Shown here: one piece after another, positions 49,394-59,226 of the stretch
Position numbering within the stretch: position 1 is the stretch's first letter
Layout: the number at the start of each line of letters is the position of its first letter
Assembly (NCBI GenBank): GCA_964490935.1
Contig: CAZBEO010000002.1
Span: 12,804-76,803 of the forward strand
From: an uncultured Verrucomicrobiota bacterium
GTDB lineage: Bacteria; Verrucomicrobiota; Kiritimatiellia; RZYC01
Direction: 5' to 3'
DNA: 64,000 bases
Translations under genes and position numbers: made by a program
Notes under the pieces: generated by a model
What the model saw: only the letters and a program-made list of their open reading frames with translations
What the model was told of the DNA's origin: nothing
Database searches by the model: none

Positions 49394-50314
49394 TTATCGC
49401 AGGCTGGCCGTAGCCGTCTCAAAGCGTTGCTGCCGCTCTTTCGGTTCAGGACGCGGCTGCACCTTGATCTGTGAGCGCACTGCTTCGATCCGGTCGTCCG
49501 GCGAGGGATGCGTCTTGGCAAATCCCGGGCTATCGCCGTGAATCTGCTTTTTCATCTCCGAGAGCATGCCAATCAGCGCATTCGGATCATACCCCACGGA
49601 CTCCATAATTTGAACGGCGGCTGAATCCGCCTGATATTCCTGCCGCCGCGAATAGCCGTTCACCACCAGTGTTTGCGTGACATCGTTAATCGACCCTTCA
49701 AATGCCTTGGTCACTTCCGCGAGCTGCCCGCCGCCGAGTCCCTTCGCACTTTCGGTGGCCAGAATGGTCAGGGCCGAGGTTAGGCGGCTCTTGCTGATGG
49801 CGCGCAGGCCATCCTCATTCTGCACATGGCCCACCTCATGCGCCAACACCGACGCCAGTTCATCCTCCGTTTTGCAGCATTTCAACAAGCCACGCGAAAC
49901 CAGAATCAGGCCGCCAGGCGCAGCAAAGGCATTGACCTCATCGGCATCCAGCACCAGAAAATGATATCCGCCGAAGGTTTCCGGTTTGCCGGATGCACGC
50001 GAGAGGGTCTGCCCGAGCACGTTGACATAATGCGTGAGCACCCGGTCGTCATAGGGTTTGTACTGCCCAAGCAGCGACGCCGCCACCGAACGCCCGATGT
50101 AATACTCCTGCTCCGGCGTGATGTCCTCGAAGGTTTTCCCCACTGCACTGACGGATTTATTGATCGACTTGGCATCTTCCTCCTTGATCGCACCCGATGC
50201 CACCGCAATGGAGGTTCCCATTTCCGTCACTTGATTCAGCGTTTCACACGCCGTGAAGAGCAGTAACGAAAACGTCGTCAATCCAAACAAAATGATGGGT
50301 ATGTGCTTTTTCAC
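49394..50314 (-). CDS. M48 family metalloprotease, probable lipoprotein
   Basis: FTAC lipobox, VNAFAAPGG, LAHEVGH, YSRRQEYQAD, THPSPDDRI. Confidence 0.92.
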   Translation of the reverse strand: MKKHIPIILFGLTTFSLLLFTACETLNQVTEMGTSIAVASGAIKEEDAKSINKSVSAVGKTFEDITPEQEYYIGRSVAASLLGQYKPYDDRVLTHYVNVLGQTLSRASGKPETFGGYHFLVLDADEVNAFAAPGGLILVSRGLLKCCKTEDELASVLAHEVGHVQNEDGLRAISKSRLTSALTILATESAKGLGGGQLAEVTKAFEGSINDVTQTLVVNGYSRRQEYQADSAAVQIMESVGYDPNALIGMLSEMKKQIHGDSPGFAKTHPSPDDRIEAVRSQIKVQPRPEPKERQQRFETATASLR

Positions 50315-50796
50315 ATCGCACCTCCTTTGCCTGCCGCGACACTGCCTTCCGTGAGAAACTGCCGCATCTCCTGCTCGGGAATTACAATTTTTTCCATGAC
50401 ATCCACTTCGGTGAAATCCACTTCCTTGTTTTGGGCCTTGTATTCGGCTTCCACTTCCTTGCTGAAGCCCTTGCCCGCCAGCGCCAGTTCATCGCCCGAG
50501 GCCACCGTACCGACCTGCCCGCCACCCGCCACCGGAGTGATTTTTTTCCGGGTCAATGCCGAGGTGTGCACCCACCCTTGAACCCCGCCCGCGCCCGCCT
50601 GACTCCATCCGGATTGCTCATCGCTGACCACTACCTGATCTCCGTATGAAAGTTTCGCCACGGTCGCACCCAGAAAAGAGGGTTTGTCACGCAGCACAGT
50701 TTCCTTCACCTGCACGCTCATCGACTGCCCAGACGCATAAACGCCGCACACCGATAGCGCCAGCACACTCGCCGAAACCATCCACTTATTCATCAC
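50311..50796 (-). CDS. Exported SH3-domain protein
   Basis: Signal peptide; LRDKPSFLG...LSYGDQV...GWVH SH3b pattern; ALAGKGF tail. Confidence 0.8.
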   Translation of the reverse strand: MMNKWMVSASVLALSVCGVYASGQSMSVQVKETVLRDKPSFLGATVAKLSYGDQVVVSDEQSGWSQAGAGGVQGWVHTSALTRKKITPVAGGGQVGTVASGDELALAGKGFSKEVEAEYKAQNKEVDFTEVDVMEKIVIPEQEMRQFLTEGSVAAGKGGAM

Positions 50797-51734
50797 TGCT
50801 CCTCCTTTGTTTCAGGAACTTCTTGTTTAATCAACTCGAACAGGGTTTTGGCACTGCGCTCCAGTTCCGCGTCCCCGCTCTTCTTTGCCACCTGCAAGCT
50901 CTGCTCAATCGCCTTCAGCGCGTCCACATAGCGATGCTGGCCATAAAAAACCAACGCCGCACGCAGGGCGTACTCCCCGGCCTCGTTCCAAACGCCCGCT
51001 TGACCATAGGCTGTTGCTGCCTGGCTCATGGCATCGGCCATGTCTCCATAGTCACCCGCCGTTTTATAAAGTGTCACCGCCTTCGCATAATCATCGGCGG
51101 CATCGCGGTTCATCCCCTTGGAAGAGCCCTGGTCGGCACGAAGCCGATAACAACCCGCGCTCAGGCGAGCATTTCCATTCAGGTTTTTTTTCATCAATTC
51201 GTTCAGAATCCGTTCACTCTCTTCGGCCCCGCCCAACTTCCACTCAAGTTGCGCACGGCAGAGAGCGAGCTGCTCGCGTACGCCCGACGCATCGCTCCCA
51301 GGTGCCGACTCCGCGCGCTCCAGCGCCTGCAGCGCCTCCGCATTCCGACCCAGCGCCGAAAGAATTTTTGCCTCCAGCAATCCCATGTCCCAACCTACTG
51401 CACCGCCGTCTGATTGCACACACGCCATGCCCGAAACCAATACCTGTAGGGCCTTTTCATAATCGGCGTTCCGCGCCTGAATCAGAGCCAGATTGTACGC
51501 GGCATCTCCTGCCGAACGCGCATCACCAATTCCCAGGGCCCGCTGAAAGGCGGCTTCATATTCCGCCCCCGCGGTATCGCCTCGCCCAGCCGCATACGCC
51601 TTCCCGCCCCGCTCCATCAGGGTCAGGTAGCGCTCATCGCCCGCTGGTCGCGTCGTCCCGCATCCGCAGAGCATCAGTCCGAAGGCCCATAACATCAATC
51701 CGCTCAACCACTGTTTTGCCTGTTCGCTCTTCAT
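50793..51734 (-). CDS. TPR-repeat lipoprotein
   Basis: LCGC lipobox; repeated Ala-rich TPR helices. Confidence 0.75.
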   Translation of the reverse strand: MKSEQAKQWLSGLMLWAFGLMLCGCGTTRPAGDERYLTLMERGGKAYAAGRGDTAGAEYEAAFQRALGIGDARSAGDAAYNLALIQARNADYEKALQVLVSGMACVQSDGGAVGWDMGLLEAKILSALGRNAEALQALERAESAPGSDASGVREQLALCRAQLEWKLGGAEESERILNELMKKNLNGNARLSAGCYRLRADQGSSKGMNRDAADDYAKAVTLYKTAGDYGDMADAMSQAATAYGQAGVWNEAGEYALRAALVFYGQHRYVDALKAIEQSLQVAKKSGDAELERSAKTLFELIKQEVPETKEEQ

Positions 51735-52666
51735 TGCACTGCTCCCGTGGAATAGTCGTTGAATTCGTCCGGGGCGAGTCGCTCCGGCGCGGCAATTTTC
51801 TCCATACTGCCTCGAAGCAGCCAATGGCGCTGAATGCCCTCGATCAGCTTGCGCGATTCTTCGATGGTATCCGTGGTTTCCCGCATCAGTTGCGGCAGTT
51901 GTTCCTGCGCGGTGGCATTGGCCGTCGCGGTGATGGCCTTCACATCCTCACCAACCTTCACCAAATCATTCGCGAGTTTCTGCAACGAACCAACAGTCTC
52001 CTGCAACTGCGCCGACATTTCCGGATCGCGCAGCAGCAGGCCCGCCGGGCCTTTCCCCGCCTCGAGGTCCGTCATAATGCGTTGCACCGAGAGGAGCGAC
52101 TGCTGTATCGGGCCTGCCGGATTGTTCACATTCGTTGCCACCGCTTCATACGCGGCCAAGATCGCCTCCACCTTCTCCACAAACGGAATCACGGCATCCT
52201 GCACCTGCTGCATGATTTCCTGAACCATCTCGGTCAAATCTTCATCCTTGCGACACGGGATGTACACTTTGCTTTCCGTGGGCACTTGATTGGTTCCGCG
52301 CGTGATCTCGATGAAGGAATCTCCCGCCACCGCAAAACGTTTTTTGATGATCGCCTCGGAATCGGTGCGGATGTAATTCACAAAATTTCCGGTGATAAGA
52401 ATTTTGCCTTCCATGCTGCCGTCTTCGTTAATGATAATGCGTTCGAGCCGTCCTGCCTGTGTTTCCATGATTTCCACATCCGCGCCCTTTTTCAGACCTG
52501 CGCTGCCACGTGTCGGAAAGCGGATATACACCTCGTGCCGGGGCACAAACCATTCCTGTGCATTGCCAATCAGTACCACGGCGGCAATCAATACCACCAC
52601 AATAAGCAGGACAAACGAGCCCACAATTTCATTCACATATCTGAACTTGAACGGTTTTTTACTCAT
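51731..52666 (-). CDS. MlaD/MCE family protein
   Basis: IVGSFV TM segment, GLKKGADV, IRTDSEA, GDSFIEI, coiled coil, HWLLRG. Confidence 0.88.
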   Translation of the reverse strand: MSKKPFKFRYVNEIVGSFVLLIVVVLIAAVVLIGNAQEWFVPRHEVYIRFPTRGSAGLKKGADVEIMETQAGRLERIIINEDGSMEGKILITGNFVNYIRTDSEAIIKKRFAVAGDSFIEITRGTNQVPTESKVYIPCRKDEDLTEMVQEIMQQVQDAVIPFVEKVEAILAAYEAVATNVNNPAGPIQQSLLSVQRIMTDLEAGKGPAGLLLRDPEMSAQLQETVGSLQKLANDLVKVGEDVKAITATANATAQEQLPQLMRETTDTIEESRKLIEGIQRHWLLRGSMEKIAAPERLAPDEFNDYSTGAVQ

Positions 52667-53352
52667 ACCCTACTCCTGATTTCCTTCAGCATGCCGTCTT
52701 CATAACAAAAACAGACCGCATCGTTTCCAAAAAGTTCCCGCTCACGCGCATCAGCCGTAAGCCATATCAGGGCCAACCCCGCGTCGACCCGTTTACGCAG
52801 AATGCGTATGAACCGCTCCTGCGCCTCCGCGTGCATCGAATGCAGAGCGCTTTCCGCCAACAGCAGCTTCGGCTCATCCAACAGAGCCCGCACACACTGA
52901 CTGATCTTCAGCACCTCCCTCGAATAATGAGGCGGGCGTTTGCCCGGCAGTTCATCGAGTCCCAATTCCAACGCCAGCGCACGCGCCTCCTCATAGATAT
53001 CCTCATCCGTCCGGCGCGTAGCGTGGCGCACTCGCAACGTGATGTTTTCATCCATATCCAGATTACTCAGCCAAGGGAACAGCATTCCATAAATTCGGCC
53101 CATCCCTGCGCGCCGAGCCGCCTGCTCATCCGGCGGCATGGCCTGCCAATTCGTACCGCCGTACAGCACCTCTCCCGAGTCCGGCACAGCCAGCCCCTGC
53201 GCCACATCAAACAGGGGAAGATTCACCTGCCGTGTATCCGCCAGAACAAGCATCATCTCGCCGGGATTCAGCGCGAACGAAACGTCCGTCAACCCGCCGT
53301 CGTACTCCTCCGGCGAAATCGTTACCTTGTTGAATTCAAGCAAAGCGTTCAT
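52663..53352 (-). CDS. MlaF-like ABC ATPase fold with degenerate catalytic motifs
   Basis: ABC scaffold (PDSGEVL, ENITL, RALLDEPKLLL), but no Walker A and no LSGGQ. Confidence 0.75.
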   Translation of the reverse strand: MNALLEFNKVTISPEEYDGGLTDVSFALNPGEMMLVLADTRQVNLPLFDVAQGLAVPDSGEVLYGGTNWQAMPPDEQAARRAGMGRIYGMLFPWLSNLDMDENITLRVRHATRRTDEDIYEEARALALELGLDELPGKRPPHYSREVLKISQCVRALLDEPKLLLAESALHSMHAEAQERFIRILRKRVDAGLALIWLTADARERELFGNDAVCFCYEDGMLKEIRSRV

Positions 53353-53355
53353 ACG

Positions 53356-54144
53356 TCACACATACACCATCACCGAAACCACTAAAAAAGCCACAAAAAC
53401 AGCCATCAACGAGCGGACCTGACCCAGCGTGGTCGCCTGCGGAATTTCCGCCAGATCGTGACTGACCGAAAGCCCAGCCTCACAGCAGATCACCCCCATC
53501 AGAATGCCCGGCACCAGGGTTTTTCCCAGAATCACCAACACATCCACGGGTTCTAACGCCTGTGCCACCTGCTGAATGAACTGCATCGGCCCCGCCTGCC
53601 CCGAGCCCGCCAGCACCGCCGTTAAAAAACCAGTGACCAAACTCACCGTAATAAAAACAATCGTCAGACAAAAAACAGAAATGGCCAAACCAATCGCACG
53701 CGGAAGGACTAAATAAATAAATGGGTCCACCCCCTGCGAATCCAGCAGACGAATCTGCTGGCTGACCCGCATACTCGCTAATTCCGACGCCACCGCCGTG
53801 CCGCTGCGTCCCAACACAATCAGATTCGTCAGCAGCGGTGCGAGCTCACGCACCACCAACGCCACCAGGATTGGACCCAGCATACGGGTCTGCCCAAGGC
53901 GCGTCAGCCAAACCTGCGCCTGCATCACCACCGTGATACCGCAGATCATACCGGAAAGTGCGATGAACCGTGTGGCATCCACCCCCGTAAACAGCACCTG
54001 CCGGGCCAGTACATTGCGTACCGTGCCCGGCCAATAGCGCGGATGAACCGCCGCCCAGACCACCGCGCCCGCCAAACTCAGGACGTGACTGATCTGCCGG
54101 GCACTGCCCGTCACCCGCGCTCCGATGCCACCAAGAATTTTCAC
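53356..54144 (-). CDS. MlaE family ABC permease
   Basis: VRELAPLL, GRSGTAVASELASMR, PRAIG, QATT. Confidence 0.9.
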   Translation of the reverse strand: MKILGGIGARVTGSARQISHVLSLAGAVVWAAVHPRYWPGTVRNVLARQVLFTGVDATRFIALSGMICGITVVMQAQVWLTRLGQTRMLGPILVALVVRELAPLLTNLIVLGRSGTAVASELASMRVSQQIRLLDSQGVDPFIYLVLPRAIGLAISVFCLTIVFITVSLVTGFLTAVLAGSGQAGPMQFIQQVAQALEPVDVLVILGKTLVPGILMGVICCEAGLSVSHDLAEIPQATTLGQVRSLMAVFVAFLVVSVMVYV

Positions 54145-54152
54145 AAATCGGT

Positions 54153-54719
54153 TCAGAACGTAACCTCCGGCGCCTGCTCTGCGCCCTGCTGCGCTTCAAA
54201 CGGCGTCCGCTTTTCCAACCCCATAAAGCCTGCCAGAATCACATTCGGGAACGAGCGGATGGACGTATTGTACGACTGCACCGCCTCGTTGTAGCGCTGC
54301 CGTTCCACCGAGATACGATTTTCCGTACCCGCCAATTCATCCTGAAGCGCGATGAAATTCTGATTGGCCTTCAAGTCCGGATAATTTTCCATCACCACCA
54401 TCAGTTTGCCAAGCGCCCCATCCAGCAGCGAGCCGGCCTGTGCTTTCTGATTCTGTGTTTTTGCTTCGCCCCACTGGCTGCGCAGGCGCGTCACTTCTTC
54501 CAGCAATTCTTTTTCATGCGAAGCATAGCCCTTGACCGTATTCACCAGATTTGGAATCAGATCAAAGCGCCGCTGCAACACCGTTTCCACATTCGCCCAG
54601 GCCTTGTTGCAGTTTTCATCCTGCCCGATCAGCCCGTTATACATACCCATCAGCGAGGACCCAATGATCAACCCAATCACCACCACCACACCACCTGCAA
54701 TCAAACATCCTTTACCCAT
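54153..54719 (-). CDS. lemA: LemA family protein
   Basis: LQRRFDLIPNLVNTVKGYASHE, ENYPDLKANQNF, TENRISVERQRYN. Confidence 0.96.
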   Translation of the reverse strand: MGKGCLIAGGVVVVIGLIIGSSLMGMYNGLIGQDENCNKAWANVETVLQRRFDLIPNLVNTVKGYASHEKELLEEVTRLRSQWGEAKTQNQKAQAGSLLDGALGKLMVVMENYPDLKANQNFIALQDELAGTENRISVERQRYNEAVQSYNTSIRSFPNVILAGFMGLEKRTPFEAQQGAEQAPEVTF

Positions 54720-54775
54720 TTTGATTCTCCTTTCGTTCGTTCTTTCAATCCTTCATGGACCCACCATGAAAACAC

Positions 54776-55567
54776 TCACCAACTTCCGCTTGCGCCGCCG
54801 CCCCCTGACCTGCCACCCCCACCGCCACTGAATCCCGAAGAACCCGACGACCCGCCGCTGCGGCTACCACCCGATGAGGAGCTGCCGCCCCCCGAAGCCC
54901 CGCTCGTGCGCCCTCCGGCTTTATTGCCCACCCGAATAATCACCACAATCAGGCCCACGAAAAAAAGAACGATCAGGAGTTTCGCCACGCCGGATATGGG
55001 CCGAACCTCGATCGGCACCCCGACATCGGCTTCCGTACCTTCCGCATCCGTTCCACCGATGGCCCGAATGAAGGCATCCGCGGCATCGTTCAGCCCCTTG
55101 GCATAATTTCCCTCGCGAAATGCCGGCGCCAGATACTCATCGCGAATCCGTCCGCACGCCGCATCAGGCAGTACTCCTTCCAGACCGTATCCCACTTCGA
55201 TGCGCATCTTGCGGTCTTCAATGGCCGCCAACACCAGCAGGCCATTGTCTTTATCGGCATCGCCCAGCTCCCATTTTGCAAACAGCTTGTTACCAAAATC
55301 ATCAATCTGGCCGCCCTGCAACGAAGAGATAAGCACCACGGCCACCTCGTTGCCGCTCTCCAGCCGATAGTCGGTCAACTTCTTTTCGAGTGCGGCACGG
55401 TCCTCTGCGGAAAGGACGCCCGCCTGGTCCGTGACCAGCGCCTCATACTGAAGAGAATCAAGAAGCCGGTCAAAGTCCGTTTGATTCTGAGCCGACGCCT
55501 GCCAGGCCAACGCCCAAACCGCCAGCACCCCGATCAATAAGCCCATTCGTCCAATGGATACACGCAT
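54776..55567 (-). CDS. TPM domain (YgcG-like) membrane protein with a Gly/Ser-rich tail
   Basis: VTDQAGVL, DNGLLVL, RIEVGYGLEGVLPD, FSGGGGGRSGGGGASGSW. Confidence 0.92.
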   Translation of the reverse strand: MRVSIGRMGLLIGVLAVWALAWQASAQNQTDFDRLLDSLQYEALVTDQAGVLSAEDRAALEKKLTDYRLESGNEVAVVLISSLQGGQIDDFGNKLFAKWELGDADKDNGLLVLAAIEDRKMRIEVGYGLEGVLPDAACGRIRDEYLAPAFREGNYAKGLNDAADAFIRAIGGTDAEGTEADVGVPIEVRPISGVAKLLIVLFFVGLIVVIIRVGNKAGGRTSGASGGGSSSSGGSRSGGSSGSSGFSGGGGGRSGGGGASGSW

Positions 55568-55677
55568 AAATCCGTCCTCCTTTTGACGTGAAAATATATC
55601 GCTTCACGCCGCGCAAATCAATCTTTCCAAGGAGTATTGTTTAGTTCCGCCCTACCTATCGCGAGGCGGTCTTGGTC

Positions 55678-56313
55678 TTATTGCTCTTCAGGACCCAGTT
55701 CGCCGATGCGGCGCATGATGTGGTCTCCGGCCAAGGCGTATACTTCTTTCCCGTCGCCGAGTTTCTTGATCTCTTCGGGTTGGACCGGCTTGCCGAAGAT
55801 CACCCGGATTTTACGTGGCCGGATGAAACGCGCACCGCGCGGATACGCCTCAAAGCTACCTTCGATTCGCGTGGGCACCACCGGTACGCCCGCCTTGACA
55901 ATCATAAATCCGATCCCTGCCTTGGCCTGCTGAAGTTGTCCGTCTTCCGAACGGGTTCCTTCGGGGAAAAGCGCCACGACTTCTCCCTGCGCCAGATGAC
56001 CGAGTACCGTGCGCATCGCCTTCAAATCGCCTTTGGTGCGGTCGAGCGGAATCGTCAGCAGGTGATCATACACCCAGTGCGCCAGCTGGCTCTTCCGCAG
56101 CGTGGCGCGGGCCACAAACCGGACAATCCGACGTGCCGACACGCCGGTGCCGATCAGCGGCGGGTCCAGAAAGCTCGCATGATTAGCGGCAATGATGCAG
56201 CCGCCTTTTTCGGGTATATTTCCGCGCCCGATATATTCAATCCGAAACCAGACCGCCGCCCACAGACGTACCGAATAAACCGCGAACCAGTAAAATAGAT
56301 GCAGATTTTTCAT
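55678..56313 (-). CDS. plsC: 1-acyl-sn-glycerol-3-phosphate acyltransferase
   Basis: NHASFLD, FPEGTRS, VPVVP. Confidence 0.9.
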   Translation of the reverse strand: MKNLHLFYWFAVYSVRLWAAVWFRIEYIGRGNIPEKGGCIIAANHASFLDPPLIGTGVSARRIVRFVARATLRKSQLAHWVYDHLLTIPLDRTKGDLKAMRTVLGHLAQGEVVALFPEGTRSEDGQLQQAKAGIGFMIVKAGVPVVPTRIEGSFEAYPRGARFIRPRKIRVIFGKPVQPEEIKKLGDGKEVYALAGDHIMRRIGELGPEEQ

Positions 56314-56314
56314 T

Positions 56315-56995
56315 TCATCCGTTAGAGCTGGACACTTCCGACACAATCAGTTTGACCACATCATCAATGCCCATGTGGGTGGTGTTGACCACTTTGGCAC
56401 CCAAGGCGATTTGCAGCGGTGCCGTGGCGCGGGTGGTATCCTTGTGATCCCGCCGAGCCAGCGAATCTTTCACGCTTTGCACGCAAGCGGTGCTCTCCGA
56501 GACCTGCAATTCCTTAAAACGCCGCCGCGCGCGCTCTTCCGGATCCGCATCCAGATAGTACTTCCAATTCGTTTCGGGAAAAACCACCGACCCAATATCA
56601 CGGCCTTCCATCACAATCGAACCGAAGTCCCGCATATCACGCAGGCGTGCCACGATAAAGCTGCGCACCTCGGGAATGGCCGCCACATCCGAAACCCGCT
56701 CGCGCACCGCCTCCTTGCGAATGAAGTCACGCGGGTCCACGCCGTCAATGTGAAAAAAGAGTGTGCGCTCTTCGATGAAAAAATCCCACGTCGAGTCGTT
56801 CATCATCCGAACGACCGCCTCGGCATCGCGTACATCCACACCGCTATGCACGGCCTTCCACGTCATCCCGCGATAGAGCGAGCCCGAGTCCACATAAATA
56901 AATGCCAACGCCTTGGCCACCTGACGCGATACCGTCGATTTACCCGAAGCCGACGGCCCGTCAATGGCGATTACCAACCCTTCATTCGGTTTCAT
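56315..56995 (-). CDS. cmk: Cytidylate kinase
   Basis: IAIDGPSASGKST, DSGSLYR, MEGRDIGSVVFP, RDHKD. Confidence 0.96.
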   Translation of the reverse strand: MKPNEGLVIAIDGPSASGKSTVSRQVAKALAFIYVDSGSLYRGMTWKAVHSGVDVRDAEAVVRMMNDSTWDFFIEERTLFFHIDGVDPRDFIRKEAVRERVSDVAAIPEVRSFIVARLRDMRDFGSIVMEGRDIGSVVFPETNWKYYLDADPEERARRRFKELQVSESTACVQSVKDSLARRDHKDTTRATAPLQIALGAKVVNTTHMGIDDVVKLIVSEVSSSNG

Positions 56996-58310
56996 GCACC
57001 TGCGCTCCCAATCGTTTTAAATCATTCCAGAATGCCGGGTACGAGGTACTCACGCATTCCACGTTTCTAAGCGTCACCGGTTTCGCCGCGAACAACGCCA
57101 TAATCGCCATCGACATCGCGATGCGATGGTCGCCATGCGCATCGAGTTCCACCCCGCCGCGAATCGGTCCGCCACCCTCGATCACCATGCCATCCGGCGT
57201 TTCGCTCACCTGCGCGCCCATAGCCGTCAGATGCCGCACCATCACCGCAATCCGATCCGACTCCTTGAACCGCAACTCGCTGGCATCTCGAATCACCGTC
57301 CGCCCGGTCGCCAGCACGCCAGCCACCGCCAGAATCGGCAACTCATCTATCACAGACGGGATTTCCGGTCCACCTATTTCCACCCCTTTGAGCGTGCCGC
57401 CTTCCACCGTCAGATCGCCCATCGGCTCCTCGCCCGCACCGGCGCGCGGCGTACTCTCCACCGAAGCGCCCATTCGCCGCAGTACCGAAAGAATGGCCTC
57501 GCGTCCGGGATTCAATCCCACCCCCTCGATCGTCAGCCGAAGCCCCGGCGTACAGGCCGCCGCCACCAGACAAAACGCCGCCGACGAAATATCCCCCGGA
57601 ATGCGAATTGAGAAGCCCCGCAAGTCCGGGCCTTTCGGGCCGAAGCCCTCCAATTCCAAACGGCCTTCCGCCATTTCCAACGGCACCCCCAGCGTACGAA
57701 AAAGCCGTTCGGTATGATCACGGCTTTTTGCCGGTTCGAGCAGCACCGTCCGCCCCTCCGCAAAGAGACCGGCCAGCAACACGCAGGATTTCACCTGAGC
57801 CGACGGCATCGGCATTCGGTACGTGATTCCCTTGAGCCCGCCCCCGCGAATGGTCATCGGCGCGGTGCCTTTTTCGCCCGTCAGCCGCACCGTCGCGCCC
57901 ATCTGTTCCAGCGGCTCCTGAATGCGCCGCATGGGACGCGAGCAGAGCGAGGCATCACCCGTCAGCGTGACCGAGAGCGGGAATCCCGCTAGCAATCCGG
58001 CCAGCAGGCGAGTGCCCGTACCCGAATTGCCCAGGTCCAGCGGGCTGTCCGGCTGAACCAGTGCGTTGCCCGTGCCTTCGATGATCAGTGTGTCGCCGGC
58101 ATCGCACACGCGCGCGCCGAGTCGTTCCATCGCCCGCAGGGTATTCAGACAATCCTCTCCGCGCAGATAGCCGGTCACCACCGATTCGCCACGCGCCAGA
58201 CCAGCCAGCAACGCCACCCGCTGCGAGACGCTTTTATCTCCCGGAACCGTCATGCGATAGGCTCCACACGTCAAACCGGGCTCCACCCGTATGGCCTGCG
58301 GATTATTCAT
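56982..58310 (-). CDS. aroA: 3-phosphoshikimate 1-carboxyvinyltransferase
   Basis: PGDKSVSQR, GNSGTGTR, SAQVKS, SRDHTE, IDELP, KESDR, DHRIAM. Confidence 0.97.
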   Translation of the reverse strand: MNNPQAIRVEPGLTCGAYRMTVPGDKSVSQRVALLAGLARGESVVTGYLRGEDCLNTLRAMERLGARVCDAGDTLIIEGTGNALVQPDSPLDLGNSGTGTRLLAGLLAGFPLSVTLTGDASLCSRPMRRIQEPLEQMGATVRLTGEKGTAPMTIRGGGLKGITYRMPMPSAQVKSCVLLAGLFAEGRTVLLEPAKSRDHTERLFRTLGVPLEMAEGRLELEGFGPKGPDLRGFSIRIPGDISSAAFCLVAAACTPGLRLTIEGVGLNPGREAILSVLRRMGASVESTPRAGAGEEPMGDLTVEGGTLKGVEIGGPEIPSVIDELPILAVAGVLATGRTVIRDASELRFKESDRIAVMVRHLTAMGAQVSETPDGMVIEGGGPIRGGVELDAHGDHRIAMSMAIMALFAAKPVTLRNVECVSTSYPAFWNDLKRLGAQVHETE

Positions 58311-59193
58311 CGCCGCTTTCGGCCTCCTGCTCCGGTGCTAGTTCACGCCGAAAGTTTCCCGCCTGGCGCAAGTACCGCGCCAGCGCGTCCATATCGTTCC
58401 GCTCGAGCAACCCGCGCAGCCGCTCCAGTTCCGATTGAACCGCCTTCACTTCATCCAGCACGTTGGAACGGTTGCTCTCGAAAACATCCTTCCACATCGC
58501 GGGTGAGCCGCAGGCCAGGCGCGTCATGCTGCGATAGCCCGGCCCGCAGAAATCCGCTTCTGGAGCCCCACCATCCGGACGCGACACCGCCACGGCCAAC
58601 GCCGAGGAAAGCAGATGCGGCAAATGACTCGTCCGTGCCAAAACCCGATCGTGCACTTCCGGGCTCATCACCGAGACCCGGCAACCAACAAAATTCCAGA
58701 GTGTAGCCACCCGCAGCACCGCCATTTCCGGGGTGGTCCCGCTTTCGGTCAAGATACAGCGGGCACCCGCATAGAGATCTGAACGCGCGGCTTCCACCCC
58801 GCTTTTCTCCGACCCGGCCACCGGATGGCTTCCCACAAACGAAACCTTCGATCCATCCAAGATCGTTTCCACTTCCGCATGAAGCCAGGCCTTGGTGCTG
58901 CCCACGTCCGTAATCACCGCCCCCGGCTTCAGTGCCCCGCGCACCTCGCGTATCAGCGATGGAATGGAAAGCACGGGTACACACACCACCACCAAATCCG
59001 CATCCGTTACCGCCTCGGACGCATCCGTTACCGCCTGATCACACAGGCCGTGTTCCAGCGCATGGCGTACCGTTTCAGCACGTCGAGCATATCCCTGCAC
59101 ACAGCCGCCGTAGCCTCGCGCTTTCAGGGCCAGACCCAGCGAGCCGCCCATCAATCCGAGTCCCAATAGGACTATCTTTTTTTCTGCGTGCAT
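58303..59193 (-). CDS. tyrA: Prephenate/arogenate dehydrogenase
   Basis: [35 protein letters not shown]. Confidence 0.92.
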   Translation of the reverse strand: MHAEKKIVLLGLGLMGGSLGLALKARGYGGCVQGYARRAETVRHALEHGLCDQAVTDASEAVTDADLVVVCVPVLSIPSLIREVRGALKPGAVITDVGSTKAWLHAEVETILDGSKVSFVGSHPVAGSEKSGVEAARSDLYAGARCILTESGTTPEMAVLRVATLWNFVGCRVSVMSPEVHDRVLARTSHLPHLLSSALAVAVSRPDGGAPEADFCGPGYRSMTRLACGSPAMWKDVFESNRSNVLDEVKAVQSELERLRGLLERNDMDALARYLRQAGNFRRELAPEQEAESGDE

Positions 59194-59226
59194 GATTCCA
59201 CCTTCGGCCAAAGGCTTCCGCCCTGC

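Noticed and set aside
50885-52705. 606-aa plus-strand ORF
   Set aside because: Antisense to the TPR and mlaD genes; low-complexity, no recognisable domain.
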